Shown here: one piece after another, positions 11,997 through 23,572 of the stretch
Layout of the letters: each line of letters opens with the position of its first letter
Position numbering within the stretch: position 1 is the first letter of the stretch
DNA from: Mantamonas sphyraenae STR306
Lineage: Eukaryota > Protista > CRuMs
Direction: 5' to 3'
DNA length: 64,000 nt
Assembly: GCA_026936335.1 (NCBI GenBank)
Contig: JAPMXV010000001.1
Location: 1-64,000, forward strand
Made by a program: the position numbers and the translations under genes
The notes under the pieces: model-generated
What the model was told of the DNA's origin: nothing
What the model saw: only the letters and a program-made list of their open reading frames with translations
Database searches by the model: none

Positions 11997-13968
11997 TCAC
12001 GCGTAGATCAGGATGCTCTCCATGCTCTCATCCACAAACTCGGGCTCTGCATAGCCCTTGTCCACCTCGTCAAACACCTGCTTAAACACACGGTACACCT
12101 CCAGCGTCATCCGCTCGTCCATCCCTGTGTTCTTAAACTCCACAAACTTTTCCTTGTCCCCCTCGCGAGAATACAGCAGAATCTCAAACGCACAAGCAGA
12201 CGCAAAAACACACGCTCCCTCTTCCTCCATCTGCGCACGCACTCGCGCACGCAACTCGGCCTCCTCCGCCCCAATCTCCTCTTCCTCCACACGATTCACC
12301 GTGCACATCACTCCGTACCCAGTCTCGTCCAGTTCATACTCCAGTGCCATCCCCAGCTTCTTCTCCATCTCGTCCACAAACTTATCCTTCTCCAGCGTGT
12401 CCACAATCTCTCGCACAAGCTCATCCGGCGACAGAATCAGCGAGAACGTCGTCGCCAAGCAGTGCGCCTGGTCGTGGTACTCTGGCAGCAGCGACTCCAT
12501 CGCAGAGCGCATCTTCAGCACTCCTTCGTATTGCGACAGCTCGTCCTTCTCATCCTCCTTCAGCTTCTCCTTCTTTGCGCTGTAGTGCGGCAAGCTCTTT
12601 TCACTCACGTCAAACTCCACCATGTTGGTTTCCTTGTCCACCTTTTGCATCTGTGCAAGCAATGCAAGCAGTGCCTCATCCAGCGTAAACTTCAGCTCCA
12701 CACCCTTTGCCAGCTCGTGGTTCAGCTTGTACAGCGCGCTCCGTTTGATCTTCCGCACGTTCACACGGTCCTCTGCCAGCGGATGCCACATGTCCAGCAG
12801 CAACAGCACGCTTTCCTCTCCGTACACCTCTGCCATTTGCTCGTACGCAGGAAAGTTGCCCACTTTCGACGGCCACCTGTCTGCCGGCGATTCCTCACGA
12901 TAGTTGTCCTTGATGTGCTCGTACGCAGGGTCCAGCGCATTCAGCGTGTTGTGCTTCGGGAACGCCAGCTTGCCTGTCATCAGCTCAAACAGCAGACACC
13001 CAAACGCAAACACGTCATACGGTCGCACGGCGATCTTTGTTTTCGCGTTTGCTGACGAGCTCGACATGGCTTCCGCCACGCGCAGACGCGCCTCCGGATC
13101 GATGTAGTAGTACGTGCCCAGCAGCGCACTGCTTTCGCTTGCCTGCCACATCGCCGCAGATTCCTCCTCACCAAGCAGCTTCGACTCGCCGAAATCGCAA
13201 AACTTCACCGTGCTCTCGTCCGTGCATACCACGTTCTGCGGCTTGATGTCCATGTGTGCAATCTTTTGCTGATGCAGGTACTCCAGCCCTGTGTCCACCG
13301 CACCCACCCGTCACCCAAACCCGCGTGTCAGCCTTCCTTCCACCGGCCCGCAAACGCGACCCTCTTCCACAAACCACACAAATCCAGAACAAACTTCCCG
13401 CGCACCCCCGCTTTCTGCCCAGCTCTCCCCGTTCCCCCTTTCCCCATCCTCTCCCCTACAACACCAAAACCCCCAATCCCAACCCCCTTCCCCTCCCCCA
13501 AACCCCCTTACCATCCACAAGCTGCCGAAACAAACTCTGCACCACCTCCATCGGCTTCAATTCCTCGTTGCCGTCCAAACGCGCAATATGTTTTGTGTAC
13601 ATGTTGCCATGCGTGCCCAGCTCCTGAACCAGATACAACCGGTTGTCGTCCTGAAACACATCCAGAAATTTGACCACATTCGGGTGCGAGCACAACGAAA
13701 GAATCCCTGCTTCCCTCGCAAACTCCTTCACCTGGTGCGCCAGCTTCTTGTTCTTCATCAACACCTTCATACACACCGGTTGCTTTACATTCGTTGCCAC
13801 TGCAGGACACACCAGTCCTCCTCGTGTGCTGTTCCCTCCAAGGCTGTACGGCTGGAACGCCTTCTTTTTGAACAAGCCCCCGCTCTCCACGCTGTGGCCC
13901 GCCTCTTTGCTCGTCACCGCAGATTCGATCAATCGATACGACTTTACTTGCAACTGAGTGTTTCCCAT
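11997..13968 (-). CDS. Divergent protein kinase with possible N-myristoylation (MGNTQ) and a C-terminal extension; exons 13968-13512, 13288-11997
   Basis: VCMK, HPNVVKFLDVF, HMDIKPQN, DFG, GTYYYIDPE, DVFAFG motifs. Degenerate Gly-loop. Phase-1 GTAAGG..CACAG intron. Confidence 0.9.
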
Positions 13969-14013
13969 CCGCTCTTTTTGTCTTTGGCTTGCCTTGGCTC
14001 CCAGCGCGCCCCC

Positions 14014-16784
14014 TCACAGAGTCATGTCCGTGCTCGACCCATACCCGCCCGGTGCAATTGCCTTCACGCTGTACTTCTCCTCCATAAACAGTTTCACCTC
14101 TGCAAATGTGCTCAACAGACTCGCTTGCGTCTTCTGCCCAGGCAGCAGCACGCTCCACGCCCCTTTTTCGCTCAAGTAGCGCACGTCCATGTGCATCCTC
14201 TGCCCAGCCATCAGCTGCACGTAATGCGGCAGGTTCTCGCTCAGCCGAGTCACGTATCCTCCTTCTGAGCGTTGGTTCAGCTTCTTCAGCGCCGCCCCGC
14301 TATTCAGAAACTCGTGGAATGTCATCGACTTGTTCACCTCCTCCAGTCGCCCCCAGCAGTCCGGCACATCGCCAAACTTGCATGTAAAGTGTTCAAACAG
14401 CGTTTGACTCACCGGCAGCGTGTCCAGAAAGTCCATGTCGTTGCCCATGGCCTGTTGGTGCGCCGCAAAAACAGACGGAGGCACCAGCGCCGCACGCACC
14501 TTTTGTGACGACACCGTCTTGATGGGCACGTGCGCCGCAAACGCACTCCACTCCACCGTTTCCGCACTCTGAAAGTGCTGCCGCCAAAACACTTTTGCGT
14601 TTGGCAAAGTCAGCTTGCTCTCCTCCTCCACGGTTTCCTCCGGCAGCTCCCACGTCTGCTTTGCCAGCTTCATCAGCTTGGCAAACTTGCTACCGTTGTA
14701 CTGCACCGCCACCTGCCGAATGATTGCCGGATTCCCCTGCATCTTTTCAATCAGCACGTGTTCGCTGAGCACCTCGATCGCCGCCATCCGCACGCCAGCC
14801 CCTTTCACAACGTCCCTCTTCAGCTCACTTGTCGGGATACGATGCTTGTCGCACAGTCGCACAAACAGCCGAGCGCTGTCCAACGCATCCAGACCCCGCA
14901 GTTGATAGTGGTCCGGCGGCCCTTTCATCCTCTCTCGCGTGCTCACCAGAAACATCACCTTCTTCGACTGGATCTCCTCCAACATCTGAAGCATCGTCAC
15001 GCCCGACTCGTTGCTCCCATTGCTCCCATTGCTGCTGCTGCTGCTGCTGCTGCTGCTTGCCCCTGCTCCATCCCCACCCAACACCCTCGGCTCAACACCG
15101 TCCAGAATCACAAGCACCGTCTCCTCCAACTCGTCGCACTCTGCTCGAAACGCAGCCACCCACTCCGCATAGTCCGTCGTCGCCTCTACAGACCCTTGCA
15201 GAACAACATCGTTCAACTCCCGTTGCAGATCCCCCAAAGAGCCCACGATGCTCGACTCCCCGTCCACCAAGTGCACCGTGTCAAACAACGATTGCTCCTG
15301 TGCATACACACGCAGCGCACGTACAAACTCGCTCTTGCCCATCCCTCGCTCTCCGTGCAGGTTGAACACGTTTGTCGTGCTCCGGTCGTCCAACAGCCCC
15401 GCCATCCGATGGTAGCAGTTCAGCACATCCACCGACCGCCCAACAAACGGCGACGGGTAGTCATCCATCGCATGCGATTCCTCCAAAGGGTGTCCGCTCT
15501 CATCGCACAAACCCACCTCTGCGCTTCGTTCACAAAACACGTCCACCTGATCGTGCTTGTACATCTTGGCTTCGCTCATCACAAGGTCCCCTTCCCAGTT
15601 GCGACGCACCCACTTTTCATCCGGCATCAAATGCACATTCTCCGCCCATCCTGCACCAAACACCGCCTCGCCCACAACCTGCACCACCTGCGGCAGCGTC
15701 TCCTGCGTGTTGTGTGCCTCTCCCAGCTTCCTGTACAGCCGCTCGCAAAACTCACGCACATGCCCCAGGTGTGTGTGCCTGTTCTTTGGCCTTGCTGTGT
15801 CCTCAAACGTCAGCACATGCCCAAACCCGGCACGCAGAAACTGCAACCCGACCAAATGCGAGTTCTCCGTCGCAACCACCACCAGCTGGTTAAAGTCGTT
15901 CTCCGCCTCGCTGTCGTCCACATGGATGTCATGCAGCTCAAACACAATCTCTCGCAGCGCGTCCATCTCCTCCTCGCTCAGGCCGTACAGCCGCCCGTCC
16001 TCCAGCTCCAGACCCAACTTCTGCGGGATTCCGTACCCTCCATAATGGATGATGCTTGCGTTCAAACAGCTGTACAGGTTGCGCGCCGTCGCCCTGCACG
16101 AGCGCACCTGGAACGTCTCCACCAGCCCAGGCAACAACGCCTGGTTCAGCGCACGAAAGTTGTACGACTCACGCAGCGGGCTCAGCTGCTCGTCTGCGTT
16201 TGCCAGCGGTGCGTTGCACAACATTGCAATGTCGTATCGTACCTGTGTCCAATCCCACCAGCGCAAACAAACACATCCACCCCGAGTGTCCCCACACGCA
16301 CGCCGGCGTTTGCGTAAGTGACAAAACACCCTCTCGCCGCCCATTCTTCTTGCGCCTTCCAGCCTTCCCCTCTCCCTCAATCTTTCTCACTCACCTGCGG
16401 CACTTCCTCACGCCGAAATTGTTCCCAGTCCACGGGAGGTGGTGGCACCTGAAGCCGCTGCGTCCCGCCCGGCTGAACCTTCCCTTGACTCGCTGGCTGC
16501 TCCTCCTCCTCCGCTACCAGCTCGTACGACACCTGGAACGCAGACTCGGCCTGCTCTGCCACCAGTGCATACTTGTCAAACACCTCCCGGAACGTCACGT
16601 TGTACTGCAGCGGTTCCGGGACCCTTGAGCCCGTGTACAGCTGCAAACCCGTCACTCGGATCGGTCGCCCCAGCTTCCTCGACGCACGCTGCTCCACTTG
16701 CTTCACAAACTCCCCCACTCTCGTCTCCTCCGTCTTCAAAAACTTCACCGGCGTACTCTCCACCGTCAAATGAATCCAAAACAT
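14014..16784 (-). CDS. STAND-A: Ubl-like, CHAT-like, NB-ARC/STAND P-loop NTPase, and EF-hand-linker-SH2 domains; exons 16784-16395, 16242-14014
   Basis: PFVGRSVD, Walker A GERGMGKS, Walker B VLVILDGVE, GNPAII. CHAT-like IIHYGGYG / LVVVATENS. C-terminal FWRQHF..FHEFLNSGAALKKL..GGYVTRLSE resembles the Cbl/Shk-type EF-SH2. Confidence 0.8.
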
Positions 16785-16850
16785 GGCGCCAAACCCTTTT
16801 GTGCGTTGGGTGCCCCACCGCGCCCAGCCGAATTGCCACCCACCGCCACC

Positions 16851-19841
16851 ATGAGCATCCGCCAGGCCAAACAGCTCCGCGTGGTCGACCCTGCCTTCCA
16901 GCAGGTCTACAAGCAGACCCTGTTTCGCAACAGTCCCACCGTCGCCGCCTTCATCGCAGACAAGATCCAGAAGCGGCACAACCGCGAACGCAAACGCAAG
17001 GCCGGCCTCCCTGAAATCGCCATCACGGAACTGTGGGTCGAGCCCAGTTCAGAATCACGCCGCGAAGGCGTCGATCTGCCCGCCCGCAAGCTTGCCGCAG
17101 ACTCTAGCACCGACGACATTAGCGAGGACGAGCTCAACCACCTTGTCGCTTACGGTACGTCCTTGCCCACCCCCACCCCCCTTTCCCCCTCTCGTGTGCA
17201 CAACTCACCTCACACATTGCCCCCCCCTCCCCCCCACACACTCAGTCGAGGGCTCCGAACGCCAAAGCGGGCCAGCTCTTCTCCACTCGGCCATCGATGC
17301 CCAGGAAAACTCTGCCGAATCGACTCTGAGCAATTCCAACAGCCGCGCACAGACACCCTCGGCCGCAACATCCTCATCCTCCACCAATATCACTTCTACC
17401 ACGGAAACAGCCTCCAGCAGCTCCGGCACGGGCTCGGCCGAACAACCTGTGCCGGAGCTCAATGCACCCTCCCCGCACTCCACCACAGACGACTCTACCT
17501 CCCAAAGCAGCAGCAGCAGCACGCGCTCAGACGCGCATTCACCACGTCGCAAACTCTCCCCCACGCCCAAACTTGGCCACACCACACCAGCAGACGACGA
17601 CGACGACGACTCGGCCTTCACCACCTCCGGCCTCGACTCTCAAACCGCCACCAGCACCGAAGCCGAGCTCGTGTGCGTCAAACTCGCAAACCACTCTCTG
17701 TATATTCATTTTCCGCTCAGCGAACGAGTCACCGTACGTCTCCACTCCTTCCCACCTTTGCCGCAAGTGCCCTTTTTACATCGGGGCAGGTGCCAGCCCC
17801 TCTCCCCATGAAACTCACCCTCCTGCGCGTTGTCCCCACACCCCGCCCACAGGAACTTATCGACTCCCTCTCCCGCCAACTGCACCTCCCTGTCTCTGAA
17901 CTCCACTGTGTCGTCAACACCTCGTGCGTTCTCCATATTCGTCCTGGGACATCGCCACTGTCCCTCGCCAAACTGCGTCTGCGCCCTGCTCACAACCCTC
18001 CTCGCTCTCCTCGCACCCCCACCCACACAATCACACCCACACATACACAGTATGTATGACGTCGAGCAGCACATGTGGGCCTGGATCGAACCAGAGCTTA
18101 CCCTTGAAGAAGTGCTCAAAGACAAACCTCTCGGCTCCGACTTTGTCGCCTACGGTACGCTGCTGCTGCGCCCCTACCCTCCACATCATAGCCTGCGTTC
18201 ACTCACGCGTGCCCTCGCCCCTCCCGAATTCCCTCAGTTGGACCGCCCGACGACTGGAAGGCGCAACAAGAAGCTTTGAGCTCCCACTGCGCCCAGATCG
18301 CCTTTCTGCACAACGCCCCGCTTGTCCAACGCAACATAGACGGCCGCATCTCACCCGTACCTCTGTTTCCATTCCAATCAGCCATCGATGCCTACGCCTC
18401 CCTCGTGACAGACTCTTTCGACACATTTGCCGGCCTCTGCACTCGGCGCACCCTGTACAGCCAGCTCAACGCAGAAATCCTCCACTTTGGCGGGGTTGGC
18501 CCTGCTAGTGACAGCATGAGTCTGCCTGTCGTTGATATTCAAGGCTTCTCTGAATCTGTGCCTCTGCAGGAGCTCACCCAGATGATGGAGGCCAGCGGAA
18601 GCAGGCCCACTCTCGTCGTCTGCGCTTGCTCAAATTCCCCTCGAGCCGCTGCCATCTTTTCCAAAATGGGAGTCCCGTACGTCGTCGCCTTCAAGGGAAG
18701 CAGCGAAGGCGAGACGGTGTGGGACCAACAGCACATCCGCCTCTTCCTTCACACCTTTTACTCTGCTCTCGGCAAAGGCGACGCCGTCGCCGACGCCTAC
18801 ACCACGGCCGTCGATCGCACTAGTGTCAAGTGCCAGGTCTCTTCCGACGCATTTATCCTTCTGCCTCGTGGTGTCTCTCTCAACTACCTCTCCCTCACGG
18901 GTGCCTCGTCCAGCGGCGGAAAGGACACCATGCCTCTGCAGGGCCTGGCCCAGCTTCCAGAGTATCCCGAAGACTTTGTAGGCTATTCCTTGGACCTGTA
19001 TTTATTGCTTCGGTGTGCCCGGCTCGAGCAGCTGGTGTACGTGGTTGGCCACGCCGGAATGGGCAAGTCCACGCTGCTCAGTCTGCTGAGTTTGTACGCG
19101 CACGCCGGCTGTTGGTTCCCTGGAGGCGTGCTCTACATCGACGTCAAGTCTCTGGCCAACACCGATTCCCTTGTGGACCAAGTGCTCTCCATTGCTGACT
19201 CCTGGGGCCGCGCAGACCTCGACAGCATGCCTGCAAACACGGTGCTCGAGGCGAGGCGTGACCTTGCTTGGCATCCAACAGGCGGTGGGGCCTCTTCTTC
19301 TGCCAGTGCGACTGTCAACGACTTGGTCCAGGCACTCGAGCGCGCGTCGGGCAGGCAAGGCCCATTGCTCCTCATACTGGACAACTGTGAACCCGACTTG
19401 CAGGCCTTGGACGACCATGTTTCCAATTGGCTCATCGATCACTTGTCCCAGGTCACGCACCTCTGCCCGTTCCTCACCGTGGCCGTCAGCTGCAGCGAGG
19501 AACCAACGCTGAGTAGCAATACCACCCTGTCCTCCTCCTTCTCATCATCGGGCTCTCTCAGTGTCACAAACGGCGGTGTTTCTGGCAGTGGAAATGCCAT
19601 GCAGGAGGATGGCCAGTCCAACGTCCTGCACCTGCGGGGGCTGCAGGGTACAGATGCAGCGCAGCTCCTCTCCAAGCTGGCTCAACCCACAGAGCTCTGC
19701 GACAGCACAGGCTTGCAGCTTCGCGTGGAACAGGTGGCCGCTTTGCCACTGTTTGCCAAACACACGCTGTCACCATCGCGCATTGCTGATTTGGCTGCGC
19801 AAGTGAAGAGCGGCGTTGCGGTCGACCGATTGGCAAGGTGA
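16851..19841 (+). CDS. STAND-B: two Ubl-like modules, CHAT-like domain and STAND NTPase; exons 16851-17154, 17246-17733, 17853-17923, 18051-18154, 18238-19841
   Basis: gccaccATG start and four phase-consistent GT-AG introns. DFVGYSLD, Walker A GHAGMGKS, WFPGGVLYID, Walker B LLILDNCE. CHAT-like ILHFGGVG / LVVCACSNS. Confidence 0.8.
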
Positions 19842-19869
19842 CGCGCGGTCGCACACAGTAAATCGCACA

Positions 19870-20730
19870 ATGTTCTCCCGACGAGCTGCAGCGGGCGCAA
19901 GTACCCTCTCAGTGGCAGGTAAGGTCAACTCGGCATCTGTAGTCGGCTTGGCCGAAGCGACCTTGCTTCCGGCCCAGAGTTTCGCAGACTTCCAGCCCAT
20001 GCACCTCCAAGGCCATCGGTGGAACTGCCTGAGCAGTAGTGCCGTCCTTAACGACGACGATGATGACGAGGAGGAGGGTGAACCGCAGGGTGTGCCGTCG
20101 CAGTTCCGCGCGCGAGAGACGGAGTACATGCGCCAGCGCCGAGTGTACAAACAACAGCTCAGTCAGCTGCGCAAGCAGTATCAAAAGGTATGTACAGATA
20201 CGCCGCCTCGTCCCCGTCCATCTTTCCACGCTGGAAAGCGTACGACGCGCCAAAACGGTGATGCAGCACTCAGCCGCATGTCCTCACTCTCCCGCACCCG
20301 CCCACCTCACTCGCAGGAACTTGAGAGCGATCAGGCAGAGCAGGAACGTCTGGAAATGCTGGAGCGTGAGCGTGTACAGAAGGCCAAGCAGGCACGACTG
20401 GCCGAAAAGGCACGCAAGCGGGCTGAGAGTGAGAAGAAGCAAGAGGAAGCGCGCAAGGTCGCCCAGGCTGCCCGTGAGGAGAAAAAGGCACAGCGTGCAG
20501 AGTTTAGGCGGCAAAAGGAAGAGGAGCTTCGTATGCAGAAGCTGGCATGGCTCGCCAACTTTGCAGACAATGTGGAGAAGGAAACCAGCGCCACACCGCT
20601 TGACGACGTCCTGTCCACTCTCGACCGCTTGCCCGACACGTCACAGGATTGGAATCCGTACTATGACCCAAACAATGTTGACTACGACCACAGCAAGCGC
20701 CCAAGCAAACGCAACGATGACTTCTTCTGA
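19870..20730 (+). CDS. Coiled-coil protein with mitochondrial-type presequence, possibly mitoribosomal mS26-like; exons 19870-20187, 20317-20730
   Basis: MFSRRAAA.. presequence-like start, YKQQLSQLRKQY followed by an E/K/R-rich helix, in-frame GTATGT..GCAG intron. Identity tentative. Confidence 0.6.
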   Translation: MFSRRAAAGASTLSVAGKVNSASVVGLAEATLLPAQSFADFQPMHLQGHRWNCLSSSAVLNDDDDDEEEGEPQGVPSQFRARETEYMRQRRVYKQQLSQLRKQYQKVCTDTPPRPRPSFHAGKRTTRQNGDAALSRMSSLSRTRPPHSQELESDQAEQERLEMLERERVQKAKQARLAEKARKRAESEKKQEEARKVAQAAREEKKAQRAEFRRQKEEELRMQKLAWLANFADNVEKETSATPLDDVLSTLDRLPDTSQDWNPYYDPNNVDYDHSKRPSKRNDDFF

Positions 20731-20984
20731 TGGCAAAACACAATCAGGGTGAAGGGAAAGGAAATGCACGCCATGAACAACCAGAAGTGATTTGCGCCAA
20801 GGTGCATAGTGGAGGGTAGACAGGTTCGTCTTGGCACCCATGCGCAAGTGCGAGCACCTGAACAGCAGCAGCCGGAACCTTTCACTTTCCGTCCACGCAC
20901 ACACGTACACGTACCAAGAGAGGAGCACACGCACAACGCAACCACAGCTACCACTACCACACAACACAAAGGAACGAGAGAACA

Positions 20985-21926
20985 ATGAGCGCGCAGAACA
21001 AGATCCAGGTGCCGACGGTGACGTTGAACAACGGAGTTGAGATGCCCGTGTTTGGCCTGGGCACATGGAAGTCATCGGATGAGGACGCACGGACGGCCCT
21101 GCGTGCAGCGCTGGAGGCAGGGTACACGCACATTGACGGAGCTGCAGTGTATGGCAACGAGGCAGTGCTGGGCGAAGAACTCAAGGCGCTGCTGGAAGAG
21201 GGAGTCATCAAGCGAGAGGAGCTGTTCTGGACGTCCAAGAACTGGAACACGGACCGCCACGACGTGCGCGCAGCTTTGGAAAAGACACTGAAGGACCTTC
21301 AGCTGGACTACGTGGATCTGTACCTGATCCACTGGCCGCAGGCGTTTGTGAAGCGAGAGGGCGAGGTGTTCCCCACAGACGAGGACGGCAAGGTGGTGAT
21401 GGACCCGGAGCCGCTGACGATTGCAGAGGTGTGGAAGCAGATGGAAGCATGCCTGGAGGCAGGTCTGACACGGGCCATCGGCGTGTCCAACTTCAACGCG
21501 GCGTCGATCGAGAAGCTGGTGGAAACGGCGACCGTGGTGCCTGCGGTGAACCAGGTGGAGTGCCATCCGCTTCTGCCGCAGACGGATTTGCTGGACGTTG
21601 GCCATGGCATCAAGTTGACAGCATACTCGCCGCTGGGGTCGCCCGGAGGCAGTGCAGGCCTGAACTTGCTCAAGGACGAAACGATTGTGGGGCTGGCAGA
21701 AAAGTACGGCAAGAGTGCAGCCAACATCCTGTGTCGATGGGCCATCCAGCGTGGCAGCATTGTGATTCCGAAGAGTGTGACGCCGAGCCGCATTGTGGAG
21801 AACATGGCTGTGTTTGACTTTGAGCTGACGGAGGAGGAGATGGCAAGCGTGGACAAGCTGGGTGAGAAGGGCCCTGCACGTGCAGTGGACCCCAGCTGGT
21901 TTGACTTTGACAAGGTGTACGAGTGA
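20985..21926 (+). CDS. Aldo-keto reductase, copy 1
   Basis: MPVFGLGTW, catalytic D/Y/K/H (IDGAAVYGNE, TSK, LIHWP), IGVSNF, AYSPLG, VIPKS. Confidence 0.97.
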   Translation: MSAQNKIQVPTVTLNNGVEMPVFGLGTWKSSDEDARTALRAALEAGYTHIDGAAVYGNEAVLGEELKALLEEGVIKREELFWTSKNWNTDRHDVRAALEKTLKDLQLDYVDLYLIHWPQAFVKREGEVFPTDEDGKVVMDPEPLTIAEVWKQMEACLEAGLTRAIGVSNFNAASIEKLVETATVVPAVNQVECHPLLPQTDLLDVGHGIKLTAYSPLGSPGGSAGLNLLKDETIVGLAEKYGKSAANILCRWAIQRGSIVIPKSVTPSRIVENMAVFDFELTEEEMASVDKLGEKGPARAVDPSWFDFDKVYE

Positions 21927-22166
21927 TGTGGTGCTGGAGTGATGAGAGTGTGCACGGGAGGAGGTGGGGAGAAACGGAGCAATGGAATGCAATTCGATGC
22001 GGATGATGGTGGATGGAGTGAGGAGATGGAGACGGCATGACGGGTGGGAGACGGGTGAAAGCAGGTGGGGAAAGCGATGCGCGAGTGGCAACAAGGCAAA
22101 AAGGAAGAGGAAGCCGACCCCGTTTTCGGACAACCACAAGCACACACACAAGCACACACGGAAATC

Positions 22167-23486
22167 ATGTCGCACGCTGAGGAAGAAGAATACGAAGAAG
22201 GGGAAGAGGAGGAGGAAGAAGAGGGAGAGTACGGGCCGATGCCTGTGCAGACGCTGGAGCAGAACGGGATCAGCGCAGCCGACTGCAAGAAGTTGATCGA
22301 GGCCGGGTTCAACACGGTGGAGGCAGTGGCGTACTCGACAAAGAAGGTGCTGATGGACATCAAAGGAATCTCGGAAGCCAAGGCAGACAAGCTGATTGCA
22401 GAGGGTGAGTGGAGCGGGAAGGGGGGAAAGAGAGAGCAAGGGTGGGAGGTGAGCGAAGAGGTGAGCGATGGAGCGGATTTTGGCGGGAACTTCCCGAGAA
22501 CCTGTGTTTTGTTGGCGAGTGTGTGGAGGTGGAAGCATGGGTTGGGTTGGGGGTTGGATTGGGTTTGATGAGGGATGTTGGGGGCATGAGGGGAAGGGGG
22601 GGGTGTGGGAAGGAGGCGGATGGAGGGAGGTGTGTGCGAGTGGCTGGGTGTGTGTGAAGTGGCTCGGGCGAGAGACTGACTGAGAAGGGTGGGCACAGCA
22701 AGCAAACTGGTGCCGATGGGCTTCACGACGGCGACGGAGGTGTACAAGAACAGGCAGGAGATCATCCAGCTGACGACGGGCTGCAAGGACCTGGACCAGC
22801 TGCTTGGAGGCGGCCTGGAGACGGGAAGCATCACGGAGATCTTTGGCGAGTTCAAGACGGGCAAGACGCAGATTTGTCACACGCTGTGTGTGACGTGCCA
22901 GCTGCCTGTAGAGAACGGAGGGGCGGAGGGGAAGGCGATGTACATCGACACTGAGGGCACATTCCGACCGGAGCGGCTGGTTGCTGTGGCGGAGCGGTTT
23001 GGGCTGGACGGGTCGGACGTGCTGGACAACGTGGCGTATGCGCGTGCGTACAACAGCGATCACCAGATGGCACTGCTTGTGCAGGCATCGGCAATGATGA
23101 GCGAGTCGCGGTATGCGCTTCTGGTGGTGGACAGCGCGACAGCGCTGTACCGCACAGATTACAGCGGGCGTGGCGAACTGAGTGCGCGACAGATGCATCT
23201 GGCGAGGTTCTTGCGCTCGCTGCTGCGTCTGGCAGACGAGTTTGGGGTGGCCGTGGTGATTACGAACCAGGTGGTGGCGCAAGTGGACGGGGCGTCGATG
23301 TTTGCGGCGGATCCGAAGAAGCCGATTGGAGGACACATCATGGCGCATGCATCGACGACACGCCTGTCTCTGAGGAAGGGCAGGGGAGAGACACGTGTAT
23401 GCAAGATCTACGACTCGCCGTGTTTGCCCGAGGCAGAGTGCACGTTTGCGATTGCGGCGGATGGAGTGAACGATGTGAAGGATTGA
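22167..23486 (+). CDS. RAD51: DNA recombinase RAD51, copy 1; exons 22167-22404, 22699-23486
   Basis: [10 protein letters not shown] Hh[44 protein letters not shown]. Phase-1 intron. Confidence 0.98.
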
Positions 23487-23572
23487 TGGAGACGGGCGGG
23501 GGGTGGTGGGGGACAAGGAATGCAATGCATGTGGTCGACTTCATTCCATCGCGCACGCGCAGCCAAGCACGA

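Larger units (their letters stand above)
20807..23546 (+). repeat. Left arm of a ~2.74 kb inverted repeat (AKR + RAD51)
   Basis: Reverse complement of 26000-28739. Identical translated ORFs lie at mirrored coordinates (sum 49549). Confidence 0.97.

Noticed and set aside
13950-14050. An intron fusing STAND-A to the kinase
   Set aside because: Nearby GT donors are phase 2, while the best acceptor (CACTCAG) needs phase 0. I found no convincing in-phase pair.
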